Part shown: positions 29,611-39,296 of the stretch, in pieces
Layout of the letters: every line of letters starts with the position of its first letter
Numbering within the stretch: the first letter of the stretch is position 1
Sequence record: SRR31156797_589
Length of the DNA stretch: 64,000 bases
Reading direction: 5' to 3' (one strand)
Translations under genes and position numbers: made by a program
The notes under the pieces: generated by a model
Databases searched by the model: none
Seen by the model: only the letters and a program-made list of their open reading frames with translations
What the model was told of the DNA's origin: nothing

Positions 29611-30062
29611 AGAAAATACTTTTAACGTCTGATAGCCATGGCAAAATGCAGACATTTGAGAATATTATCAATAAACACAAAGATGCTGATATGTTTATCC
29701 ATTTAGGAGATATTGTAACTGATGGAATGCGCATTGGCAGTAAATTTAAAGTAAATGTAGAGTGTGTTCGTGGTAATTGCGACTTTATGGATTACGCCCC
29801 ATTCTACAAAGAGTTTACGGTTTGCAAAAAGAAAATAATAGCCGTACATGGACATATGCAGCAAGTAAAAATGTCATTGAGTTCACTTACCTACTTAGCT
29901 GAAGAGAAAAAGGCAGATATAGTTCTATTTGGACATACGCATATACCTCATTTTGAATTTTCAAAATGTTATTTCATCAATCCTGGTGCTGTAATGAATG
30001 GTGAGTATGGTATTTTAACTATTTATGAAGATAGAGTAAATTGTGAATTATCCAAAATTTGA
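29607..30062 (+). CDS. YfcE/YsnB-family metallophosphoesterase
   Basis: SDSHG, HLGD, VRGNCD, HGH, FGHTH, NPG. Confidence 0.92.
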   Translation: MKKILLTSDSHGKMQTFENIINKHKDADMFIHLGDIVTDGMRIGSKFKVNVECVRGNCDFMDYAPFYKEFTVCKKKIIAVHGHMQQVKMSLSSLTYLAEEKKADIVLFGHTHIPHFEFSKCYFINPGAVMNGEYGILTIYEDRVNCELSKI

Positions 30063-30576
30063 AATAAATCCTTTAGCAAATATAAAAATAGAGATGGCAG
30101 ATTGCTTATCAGATGCAGGATATAATGTTAAGGATTTAATAATGAAATATGATAAACTTAAATTATATTCAAATATTCAAATATTAGAAGACTTAAGTAA
30201 CTTACCATCTGAATTCAAATATACGTCTCAAAAAATCATATACCATGAAATTCCCACCAAAAAAATAAAAGAAATTTTTAAAACATTTAATAAAAGCATA
30301 ATAGATAAATTGAATTTAAATGATAATTATAATCCAGTTGCCAGCAGAATGAATGCACAGCTATTATTTAGCTATACAGATGATAAAAATTGGGAACTTG
30401 ATGTATTTGATTTATGTGATTTGATACTAAAAACAATTGAAACTAATAGCCAGCACATTAAGGAAAAATCATTATCACAAATAATTGATAAATATAATAA
30501 AATGCAAATTAGAAATTTATTTTTGCCACATTGTATATTATATGCAATAATATATACTGCTATATTAGTTGATTAA
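30043..30576 (+). CDS. Hypothetical protein
   Basis: 177-aa AT-rich ORF filling the gap; no family recognised. Confidence 0.5.
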   Translation: MNYPKFEINPLANIKIEMADCLSDAGYNVKDLIMKYDKLKLYSNIQILEDLSNLPSEFKYTSQKIIYHEIPTKKIKEIFKTFNKSIIDKLNLNDNYNPVASRMNAQLLFSYTDDKNWELDVFDLCDLILKTIETNSQHIKEKSLSQIIDKYNKMQIRNLFLPHCILYAIIYTAILVD

Positions 30577-31160
30577 TGCTTTCCCTCTTTAATGCCTTTT
30601 GATCCTGCAACAGCTCCGAAAGTCATTAGCAAAATCTTCAAGTCATACACAAAGCTCATATTTTCATAATATTCGCCGTCAAGATTTGCTTTTACAGCAA
30701 TTGGCAGTTCATCTCGACCGTTTACCTGTGCCAACCCTGTAATACCGGGCTTACACTTAGATGAGCCGTTTGCAATTCGAGCTTCTTCTAAATCATATTG
30801 GTTATACAGTGCAGGTCTTGGTCCTACAAATGACATATTACCTGTTATTACGTTAAATAACTGAGGGATTTCATCTATACTTGTTTTCCTTAAGAACTTG
30901 CCTACATTTGTGATGTGAGATGTTGCTCCCTGCAGCAGGTGAGTCGGCTGATCTGAAGGAGTATCGGATGCCATAGTTCTGAACTTAAAAATATTAAATC
31001 TTTTCCCATTTATACCGATTCGTTTTTGTACAAAGATCGGTGAGCCTTTGGAGTCAACAACTATTATTAAACTAAATATCAGCATAGGTACAGCCAGAAT
31101 TATTATACCTATCACTGCAAAAATAAAGTCTAAAGTCGGCTTTATTACATTTACATACAT
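30573..31160 (-). CDS. Bacterial sugar transferase (initiating phosphoglycosyltransferase, PglC-like)
   Basis: FKFRTM, FLRKTSIDEIPQLFNV..GNMSFVGPRP, PGITGLAQVNGR. Confidence 0.93.
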   Translation of the reverse strand: MYVNVIKPTLDFIFAVIGIIILAVPMLIFSLIIVVDSKGSPIFVQKRIGINGKRFNIFKFRTMASDTPSDQPTHLLQGATSHITNVGKFLRKTSIDEIPQLFNVITGNMSFVGPRPALYNQYDLEEARIANGSSKCKPGITGLAQVNGRDELPIAVKANLDGEYYENMSFVYDLKILLMTFGAVAGSKGIKEGKH

Positions 31161-31169
31161 AAACTAATC

Positions 31170-33023
31170 TTACCCCTTGTTGTGATTGAATTCAGGAACC
31201 ATTTCCTTGATTATTTCTATGATTTCATCATCATCTTTATCTAAACAATCTTTGAGTTTCTGAAGTTGTTTGTTAACTAAATCAATATCGAACTGCTCTG
31301 TTTTACCAACAAAAATCTTATCATATTTAGTGTTTTCTAAGTCTTCATTATCGGTTAGAAGCTCTTCATACATCTTTTCACCTGGCCTTAAACCAGTATA
31401 AATAACCTCGATATCTACGTCTGGTTTTAGCCCTGATAATCTGATGAGATTTCTTGCCAAGTCATCAATTTTCACCATATCCCCCATATCAAGGACAAAA
31501 ATCCGTCCCTTTTTTGCTAAAGAGCCAGCCTGAACAACTAATTGAGATGCTTCAGTTATAGTCATAAAATATCTTGTAATATTTTTATGAGTTACAGTTA
31601 CAGGACCCCCATTAGCTATCTGCTTCTTGAATCTAGGTATTACTGAACCGTTTGATCCTAATACATTTCCAAATCTAACTGCAACAAATTCAGTTTCACT
31701 ATTATGCGAAATACAGCTTAATACTTTCTCAGCTATTCTCTTGGTCGCACCCATTACATTTGTTGGATTTACTGCTTTGTCAGTAGAAATCATAACAAAT
31801 CTGTTCACATTATATTTGTCAGCTGTTTCCATAACATTTTTTGTACCAAAAATATTATTTTTTACAGCCTCACCAGGAGAATCTTCCATTAATGGCACAT
31901 GCTTGTGTGCGGCTGCATGGAAAACAATATTAGGTCTGAATTTTGCGAATACATTCTCCAGTCTATTTTTATCACGAATTGATCCGATGATTACACTTAT
32001 ACTAATATCAGTGTTTTCTATTCGTCTTTGCAATTCATGCTGTAGATCATAGACAGAATTCTCATATATGTCAAACAAAACCATATGCTTTGGATTGTAT
32101 TTCGAAATTTGTCTGCATATCTCAGATCCTATGGAGCCGCCTGCACCAGTTATCAATACTATTCTGTTTTCAATATAGCTGAAGATATCATCTTCGTCTA
32201 GATTAACTGCATCACGTCCTAATAAGTCCTCTGGCTCTACTGAGCGTAACTGCCGAAACTGATGTTTATCCTCATGAACCATATCGCTTACATGGGGCAT
32301 AATCATTATTTTACATGTTGTTTTAGCACATAAACTCAAAACCTCTTTGATTTTTTCCGAGTTTTCAGATGGTAGTGCAATAAATATTTCATCTATCTCG
32401 TAGTCCTCAGCTACAGATACTACCTGATCAATACTTGAAATTACAGGTACACCTTTTATTCTTAATCCTATTTTTTCATTATCATCATCTAGGTATCCTA
32501 CAACATGACCACGACTTGGATTATTCTCTAATTCCATTAATACTAAAGTTCCGGATTCACCAGCTCCAATAATGAGTATGTTGCCGCCTTCTCCGCCTTG
32601 TGATTTGACGAACTGAATATGTAGATACGACATTACCCTATAGGATACACGTACTATAATCATACATAGAGAATATCCCATTATAAAAATAAGAAAAACC
32701 CTTATCTCAATATACTTAGCAGGTGTAAAGAAGCGGGAGATTACGTACAACTCTGAATAAAAGGCTATTTGTGACAGAGATAATATAATCATCTCTCTAA
32801 CACTAGCATATGACCAATTAATAGAATATATTCTAAAAATCATATTATTGACTATCATTATTACTACTGCAGCTATTAAATATGAGAAAAAGGCTTCTTG
32901 ATGATACCAATGCCAATGATAATGTGAGCCTAAAACAAGATTAAAGGATACATATACGGATATTGAACATATAATAGCATCAATAGTAACCTGTAATAAT
33001 TTTTTGAATAGTTTTTCCAACAT
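31170..33023 (-). CDS. Nucleoside-diphosphate sugar 4,6-dehydratase (CapD/PglF/EpsC type)
   Basis: N-terminal TMs; ITGAGGSIGSE, HAAAHKHVP, STDKAVNPTNVMGATK, VRFGNVLGSNGSV, GLRPGEK. Confidence 0.95.
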   Translation of the reverse strand: MLEKLFKKLLQVTIDAIICSISVYVSFNLVLGSHYHWHWYHQEAFFSYLIAAVVIMIVNNMIFRIYSINWSYASVREMIILSLSQIAFYSELYVISRFFTPAKYIEIRVFLIFIMGYSLCMIIVRVSYRVMSYLHIQFVKSQGGEGGNILIIGAGESGTLVLMELENNPSRGHVVGYLDDDNEKIGLRIKGVPVISSIDQVVSVAEDYEIDEIFIALPSENSEKIKEVLSLCAKTTCKIMIMPHVSDMVHEDKHQFRQLRSVEPEDLLGRDAVNLDEDDIFSYIENRIVLITGAGGSIGSEICRQISKYNPKHMVLFDIYENSVYDLQHELQRRIENTDISISVIIGSIRDKNRLENVFAKFRPNIVFHAAAHKHVPLMEDSPGEAVKNNIFGTKNVMETADKYNVNRFVMISTDKAVNPTNVMGATKRIAEKVLSCISHNSETEFVAVRFGNVLGSNGSVIPRFKKQIANGGPVTVTHKNITRYFMTITEASQLVVQAGSLAKKGRIFVLDMGDMVKIDDLARNLIRLSGLKPDVDIEVIYTGLRPGEKMYEELLTDNEDLENTKYDKIFVGKTEQFDIDLVNKQLQKLKDCLDKDDDEIIEIIKEMVPEFNHNKG

Positions 33024-33163
33024 CTACTCCTTATTAGGATAGTTTTTTACTATTTGTGCTTAACTTCGACATTATATCATACAGCTATTTATAATTCAAC
33101 ATAGTGAAATAATGTATTGATGTTATTATTTGTAATGACAAAATTGTATTATGCGCACAAAAC

Positions 33164-33190
33164 AAACGGATAACAAATTGCTATCCGTTT
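33164..33190 (-). terminator. Terminator after lysA
   Basis: aaacggata-N9-tatccgttt, followed on the minus strand by a T-rich run. Confidence 0.65.
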
Positions 33191-33212
33191 CCAATATATT
33201 AATTTAATAATT

Positions 33213-34454
33213 TTAAAATAGAGTTACTAAATCATCAAGTGTTTCTCTACGTCTGATCAGCTTTGTGCTTCCTTCGGCTGTAATCATAACTTCTGCAGGA
33301 CGAAGTCTGGCGTTATAATTTGATGCCATAGAGTAACCGTACGCACCAGCATCCATTACTCCGATTATATCTCCTTCTTCAATAGTAGGGAGAGTTCTGC
33401 CTATTGCAATCTTGTCACCGCTTTCGCAGATATTACCTACAATCGTTACAGTTTCCATGCCTGAAAAGGCTATATTGCCATTGTGATACACTTCAATATC
33501 ATGATGAGCATCATACATAACCGGTCTTTGAAGCACATTAAAGCCAAGATCTGTACCAACATAATCAATGCCTGCATGATGCTTTAGTGCATAGACTTCT
33601 CCTAGAAGCACACAACACTCAGCAATTATATATCTGCCGGGCTCAATTTTAAATAAAACGTCGTTTTCATAGGAAGACGTAAATTCATCTATTACTTCAT
33701 CAAGCCTCTCGCCAAGTTTACCTAGGTCAAGTCTACCTTGACCGTCTTGCTTCATGTATGGTATACCAAAGCCGCCGCCAAAGTCAATAAACTCAATATC
33801 TCTAAATTGACTGGCTACACGACACAGCAGCCTAGCACTGGCAATGAAAGCTGTTTCGTCTAAAAATAATGAACCGATGTGCTGATTTACTCCAGCTAAT
33901 TTCATATTATACTCTTTTAGTATTTTTATTACTTCGTCAGCTTCATTATCATTTACGCCAAATTTGGTCTTTTTACCAGCTGTAATTACTTTCTCATGAT
34001 GACCTGCACCATAGCCTGTATTAAACCTTACGGCTACTTTTGCTCCAGGGAAATTCTTTGCAAATAATTTCAATTGACTGAGGGAGTCAACACTAACAGT
34101 AACACCCAAATCAACAGCATATTTCAGCTCTTCCTTTGATACATTATTACATACATAAAGGATATCTTTTGGCTCATATCCAGCACATTGCAGAATATAC
34201 AGTTCGCCTGGGCTCATAGCATCTACGCCTATACCTTCCTCTTTCATGATCTTTAGCAAATAAAGATTTGAATTTGCTTTTGTAGAGTAATGGGGAGTAA
34301 ATTTATTATATTTTACTAGATTCTTCATCTCTTTGCATCTGGCACGCAGGATGTCCTCATTATAAACGTAAAGAGGAGAACCATACTCTTTGATTAATTC
34401 TGCTGGGTCGGTATTTTTGTAAAAATTGACTGCTGGGGTGTAATACTGTTTCAT
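33213..34454 (-). CDS. lysA: Diaminopimelate decarboxylase
   Basis: YSTKANSN PLP lysine, HIGS, DFGGGFG, EPGRY, GNICESGD, GAYGYSMASNYN. Confidence 0.95.
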   Translation of the reverse strand: MKQYYTPAVNFYKNTDPAELIKEYGSPLYVYNEDILRARCKEMKNLVKYNKFTPHYSTKANSNLYLLKIMKEEGIGVDAMSPGELYILQCAGYEPKDILYVCNNVSKEELKYAVDLGVTVSVDSLSQLKLFAKNFPGAKVAVRFNTGYGAGHHEKVITAGKKTKFGVNDNEADEVIKILKEYNMKLAGVNQHIGSLFLDETAFIASARLLCRVASQFRDIEFIDFGGGFGIPYMKQDGQGRLDLGKLGERLDEVIDEFTSSYENDVLFKIEPGRYIIAECCVLLGEVYALKHHAGIDYVGTDLGFNVLQRPVMYDAHHDIEVYHNGNIAFSGMETVTIVGNICESGDKIAIGRTLPTIEEGDIIGVMDAGAYGYSMASNYNARLRPAEVMITAEGSTKLIRRRETLDDLVTLF

Positions 34455-34478
34455 TTTATTTATATAATCTCCTATTAT

Positions 34479-35354
34479 CTATCTATGGTTACCTTCAAAA
34501 AATAGTGCTAATGTTCTAGGACCAGAATGGGCTCCGATTACAGGACCTATGTAGGAATATTCAATATCTTCTTCAGTTATGTTGTCAAATTCGTCAATTA
34601 TCATTGAGCCTAGTAATTGAGCATCTTCTATAGCGTCGCCATGACTGATAAATATTTTTTGCTTTGTATCTTTTTCAACTCTTTGCATCATCTGCCCCAA
34701 GAGTTCCTTGATAGCTTTTTTTCTGCCTCTTTGTTTATTGTACATAACCAATTTACCATCATTGCTTACGTGAAGTACAGGTTTAATTTTCAGTGCAATA
34801 CCTACAGCAGCTGATAGATTTGATAATCTTCCGCCACGCTTTAGATGATTCAAATCATCGACTGTGAAAAAGTGTACAATACTTAGTCTGATTTCTTCTG
34901 CATATTCCACTAATTCTTCAAATAATGCACCTTCCTTAAACTTAGAAACTACTTTATAAACAAATAGTCCTTGTCCAAATGAAGCTGACATCGTGTCGAT
35001 AGAAGCAATCTTTCTATCTGGATATTTTTCCTTTAGCTCTTCTACAGCAGAAAATGAGCATTGGTAAGATCCAGATAATGCTGAAGAGAAAGCAAGATAC
35101 AAAATATCGTCTCCATCCTTCAATACAGGCTCAAAAGCATCAAGATACCTTTGAGTGTTTATTAAAGTAGTTGTTGGCATAGAACCTTCAGATGCCTTTT
35201 GGTAGAATTCTTTTATAGTTATCGGACATTCATAATCATTATAATAGTTTTTGTCTTCCAGGGTAAACATTAGCGGGATAATAGTAATACCTAGTTCTTC
35301 GGCCATTTTTTCCGGTATATCACTGCAGCTGTCAGTAAAAATTTTAATAGACAT
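34479..35354 (-). CDS. DegV/FakB-family fatty-acid-binding protein
   Basis: FTDSCSD, SSALSGSY, LKRGGR, IGAHSGP. Confidence 0.94.
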   Translation of the reverse strand: MSIKIFTDSCSDIPEKMAEELGITIIPLMFTLEDKNYYNDYECPITIKEFYQKASEGSMPTTTLINTQRYLDAFEPVLKDGDDILYLAFSSALSGSYQCSFSAVEELKEKYPDRKIASIDTMSASFGQGLFVYKVVSKFKEGALFEELVEYAEEIRLSIVHFFTVDDLNHLKRGGRLSNLSAAVGIALKIKPVLHVSNDGKLVMYNKQRGRKKAIKELLGQMMQRVEKDTKQKIFISHGDAIEDAQLLGSMIIDEFDNITEEDIEYSYIGPVIGAHSGPRTLALFFEGNHR

Positions 35355-35574
35355 AATAATCTCCTAAAAATTAATTATAATATTATATCATAAAGTCTAT
35401 CACATTGGGTATAAAATATATAAAAATTGACCTTATTCTTACCTAAACAAATAATGATACGCCATTAATGGTAAATTATACAATGTATATTTTACAACTT
35501 TTCTTTAAATTAAAGTTCAACTCTGATATAATATGTTCATTGATAAAATCCTATATACGTATAAGGAGCAATAG

Positions 35575-36909
35575 ATGAGAAGAAAAAACAAACAAGACGA
35601 TTATATGTATGATGTCTTTTTTGAGGAAGAACCAGATTATAGAAAAAAGCCAAAAACATACAAAAGCGTTGAAGTTGCTTATAAATTTATTTTAATTGTG
35701 ATAGTTATGCTTGTAGCAATTACTTTTTTACCGAGCAGATTTACTCAGATTAGTGAACCTGCAGTTGGAAGCAATGTATTAATTAAAGCAAACCCAGAGG
35801 CAACTTCTGTAACAGTTGATGAACAAACACCAGACGAGGAATGGAGATCTAACGTATCCCAAGTATCTATAGATAACAGACTGTATGTCGTATGGGATGA
35901 TACGAAATTATCAATGACCGAACTTCCAGTTGGTGTTAATGTCCTTGCACCATGCTGGTTTAAGCTAACGGCAACCAACAGCGGATTTGTTGATTATTCA
36001 ACAGCTGACGTATCAAGTGATGCATACAGCTATGTAAAGATGTGTCATGATGGTAATGTAGATGTGTGGGCAACTATACAGTGCTTTGATTCTGATTTAT
36101 CTGCTAAAATAATGACTGACAGTAGGGTTAGGCAGGAATTGATAGAACAAATTCTGTCATGGATTGAAATATATGATTTGGATGGAATCAATCTTGATTT
36201 TGAGGATATGAATCCAGAGCACAAAGAACTATATACACAGTTCTGTAAAGAAGTAAAAGACGCCATGCCTGAGGGTAAGCCCGTTTCCGTTGATGTAACA
36301 GTGAAGCTGATACCGCAAGACCCTGATAACTGGTATCAATCCTATGACAGAGGAGGATTAGCCGAGGTTGTTGATTATGTTGCTGTAATGACTTACGATG
36401 AGCATAAGTCATCATCTATGAAACCTGTTGCCAGCATTCCTTGGGTAGATTTTCATATTAGAAGACTGCTAGAAGAAGTACCAAGCGAGAAGCTGCTGAT
36501 GGGAATCCCATTCCATGGAACAGATTATCGAGCAGAGGTGGTAGATACTCAGACTCTGACATTAAATCCAATATGGAGTTCAAGGGGTATAACTACAACT
36601 GTATTTCAGCTAAACGAACTGCTGACTAACGGCAGATATAACGATACATACGGTGATGGCAAATCAACAGAAATTGTATTAAGCTACTGGATTGAGAAGG
36701 GAAGCTGGGATGCAGACCTTGGCATCACTACTTATTCTTTTGTTGATACGAATGGTACTCAACATACAATTTGGATTGATGATGAGAACTCAATAAGTCA
36801 GAAGTCCAGGCTTGCAGAAGATTATAATTTAGCTGGAGTTGCTGTATGGAAGAGAACATTGGGAACACAGTCAATGTTTGGTGCTATCTATGATACTATA
36901 AATGATTAA
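35575..36909 (+). CDS. Glycoside hydrolase family 18 protein, membrane-anchored
   Basis: LDGINLDFE catalytic motif, VMTYDEH, LAGVAVW; N-terminal TM. Confidence 0.9.
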   Translation: MRRKNKQDDYMYDVFFEEEPDYRKKPKTYKSVEVAYKFILIVIVMLVAITFLPSRFTQISEPAVGSNVLIKANPEATSVTVDEQTPDEEWRSNVSQVSIDNRLYVVWDDTKLSMTELPVGVNVLAPCWFKLTATNSGFVDYSTADVSSDAYSYVKMCHDGNVDVWATIQCFDSDLSAKIMTDSRVRQELIEQILSWIEIYDLDGINLDFEDMNPEHKELYTQFCKEVKDAMPEGKPVSVDVTVKLIPQDPDNWYQSYDRGGLAEVVDYVAVMTYDEHKSSSMKPVASIPWVDFHIRRLLEEVPSEKLLMGIPFHGTDYRAEVVDTQTLTLNPIWSSRGITTTVFQLNELLTNGRYNDTYGDGKSTEIVLSYWIEKGSWDADLGITTYSFVDTNGTQHTIWIDDENSISQKSRLAEDYNLAGVAVWKRTLGTQSMFGAIYDTIND

Positions 36910-37082
36910 ACATACAATTGTTTTAGATAAAAACTAGTATTTATAATGAAAATAATCGTGCAATTATTCGATATTTAAATATAAGCCGTAACAAATAATG
37001 ACAAATGCATTGAAAAATGATATTATATAAGATAGGGTACATATGTGCTTATTTATGTACAAATATAATATATAATTGAGGT

Positions 37083-37916
37083 ATGCAGATGGAATGGTAT
37101 TATGGCTTTTTGATTTTTGTTGTTGGGTTGTTTATAGGGTCATTTTTAAATGTATGTATATATAGAATACCAAATAATAAATCAATAGTCACACCAGGAT
37201 CTACATGTCCAAATTGTAACACTAGACTGAAACCATTAGATTTAGTACCAGTTTTTAGCTATTTGCTTTTAAACCGAAAGTGTCGCTACTGTGGGAAAGA
37301 TATTGCTCCCAGATATATGATGGTAGAACTGCTTACGGGTTTGCTTTTTGCAGTGTGTTTTATTGTATTTGGTATATCTGGTAAAACTATTGCAGCAATT
37401 GCTTTGACATCGGTACTGATTGCTGTAACATTCATTGACATTGATCATGGTATAATACCAAATTCTTTGTTAATATTCGGTTTGATTTGTGGAATAGCAT
37501 TTATCCTGCTGGGGTATATTCCGTATGATGGTGTAAGTCTAAAGGAGAATCTATTGGGGGCATTATTTGGTATGCTGTGTGGTTCACTGCCCCTTGTAAT
37601 TATCAATATATTATCAATGTTAATCTTGAAAAGACCCGGTATAGGCGGCGGTGATGTCAAACTGATGGCAATGGCTGGTATCTATCTAGGTATTAAAAAT
37701 ACTATCGGAGCTTTGATTTTGGGTGTTTTGTTTGGAGGAATATATGGTATATATTATATAGCAAAGAAAAAAAAGCTGATGAATGACAAAGCTGATGAAA
37801 ATAATGATGACAACTTCACAGAAATTCCATTTGGACCTTTTTTATCAGCAGGTATATATTTATGTATGCTTTTTGGTACTCAACTGATTGATTGGTATAT
37901 AAGCTTATATTTCTGA
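37083..37916 (+). CDS. pilD: Prepilin peptidase (A24)
   Basis: GSFLNVCIYRIP, CPNC...CRYC zinc site, FIDIDH, GGGDVKL, IPFGPFL. Confidence 0.95.
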   Translation: MQMEWYYGFLIFVVGLFIGSFLNVCIYRIPNNKSIVTPGSTCPNCNTRLKPLDLVPVFSYLLLNRKCRYCGKDIAPRYMMVELLTGLLFAVCFIVFGISGKTIAAIALTSVLIAVTFIDIDHGIIPNSLLIFGLICGIAFILLGYIPYDGVSLKENLLGALFGMLCGSLPLVIINILSMLILKRPGIGGGDVKLMAMAGIYLGIKNTIGALILGVLFGGIYGIYYIAKKKKLMNDKADENNDDNFTEIPFGPFLSAGIYLCMLFGTQLIDWYISLYF

Positions 37917-37925
37917 AGGTATGAT

Positions 37926-38801
37926 ATGTATAAACTAATAAGAAAAATAAATATTGCGAAAGAAAATAAAGGAATGACATTAGTCGAAGTACTGATAGCC
38001 ATAATGCTTATCGGTATAATCGCGACAACGTTCCTTAATATGTTTATGCACTCTATTTATGTATCGGTAGTAGCACAGGATGTCACAAATTACACTTATG
38101 CAGCGCAGTCTGTACTAGAGGAAACAAGAGCATATAACTATCGTGAGCTTCAGACTATGTCCTCTGCAAGACAAGGAATAGATATAGATGGAGACAGTAC
38201 ATACGATTGTTATTCTGAAATGTTATATGAGCCATATGGCATTGAAATGAAGCAATCTGCATCAGACACAACTGATACTTTGGATGCTGTTTACCTTCAT
38301 ATTATCTACTATGGGGAAGATATGATGGTTGTTGCTCCTGATGGTGAATCACTGTATTATGAAGATATGACTTCTGTTACGTATTATACTCTGATAGTTG
38401 ATAACAGCTCAACAGTATGTAGTTTTCAAATAGGTAGTGATGAGAATAACAAATTAGTATTTAATCGAAAAGATAAAACTTCTAAGGTTATAGTAATAAT
38501 GAATCTTGATTTGAAAGATGCTAACTTTACTGATAATTTTTATGCATATAATCAGTATTATTCATCTTCAAATTACGTTTATATTAAATTATTAGGTAAT
38601 GAGACAATTGCTGGAACAGCGACTGAAGATGGAACTGTTTTGTTTAAGACTGTTAATCCTCATGAAAGATGCTTTGGCGTACTAAATCTCAGCACTTCAT
38701 TAGTAAAAGTGACAGTTAATGTATATGAAACGCTAAATAGTGATGTTTCTCAAATTACTATGTGTGAAATACTAGAAGTTGCAAATGGTGAATCAGACTG
38801 A
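37926..38801 (+). CDS. Type IV minor pilin (PilV-like)
   Basis: Class III signal KG|MTLVEVLIAIMLIGII. Confidence 0.85.
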   Translation: MYKLIRKINIAKENKGMTLVEVLIAIMLIGIIATTFLNMFMHSIYVSVVAQDVTNYTYAAQSVLEETRAYNYRELQTMSSARQGIDIDGDSTYDCYSEMLYEPYGIEMKQSASDTTDTLDAVYLHIIYYGEDMMVVAPDGESLYYEDMTSVTYYTLIVDNSSTVCSFQIGSDENNKLVFNRKDKTSKVIVIMNLDLKDANFTDNFYAYNQYYSSSNYVYIKLLGNETIAGTATEDGTVLFKTVNPHERCFGVLNLSTSLVKVTVNVYETLNSDVSQITMCEILEVANGESD

Positions 38802-38822
38802 TATGACAGGTAATTAGGAATA

Positions 38823-39287
38823 ATGATGCTAAAATGTACAAAAAAAGGAAAAGGATTTACTCTAGTAGAGTTGTTACTTGCTTTAGCAATAACAGTTGTA
38901 ATTTTTTCTCTATTAGGACCTTTTCTTGTTACTGGAATTAATAGTTTTGCCAAGAGTAACTCAATGGTAGTTGGACAGTCAAATCTACGTAGAGTAATGG
39001 TATCCATATCAAGAGAAATGAGGGATGCAACAAGTGTTACGGTAGATAGTGATTTGCCAACTCAAGTTGAAATTGATGATAATACTTACTATTTTGATAA
39101 TGATGCGGGCACTATTGTAAAAACAACTTCTACTGGCGATGAAGTAGTTATTGCTGAATATGTAACACTGTTTAATGTTACAAAAACAGATGATTTGGTT
39201 ACTCTTCAGACGCAGGCAGCCAATGAATCTTCTTTCGTTGTCACAAAAGTATATCTTCGAAGTAGACCTGTACCTACAGAAACCTGA
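38823..39287 (+). CDS. Type IV minor pilin (PilW-like)
   Basis: Class III signal KG|FTLVELLLALAI. Confidence 0.87.
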   Translation: MMLKCTKKGKGFTLVELLLALAITVVIFSLLGPFLVTGINSFAKSNSMVVGQSNLRRVMVSISREMRDATSVTVDSDLPTQVEIDDNTYYFDNDAGTIVKTTSTGDEVVIAEYVTLFNVTKTDDLVTLQTQAANESSFVVTKVYLRSRPVPTET

Positions 39288-39296
39288 GGTGATTGT

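Noticed and set aside
34455-34478. Lysine riboswitch before lysA
   Set aside because: Only 24 nt separate lysA from the DegV gene; there is no room.
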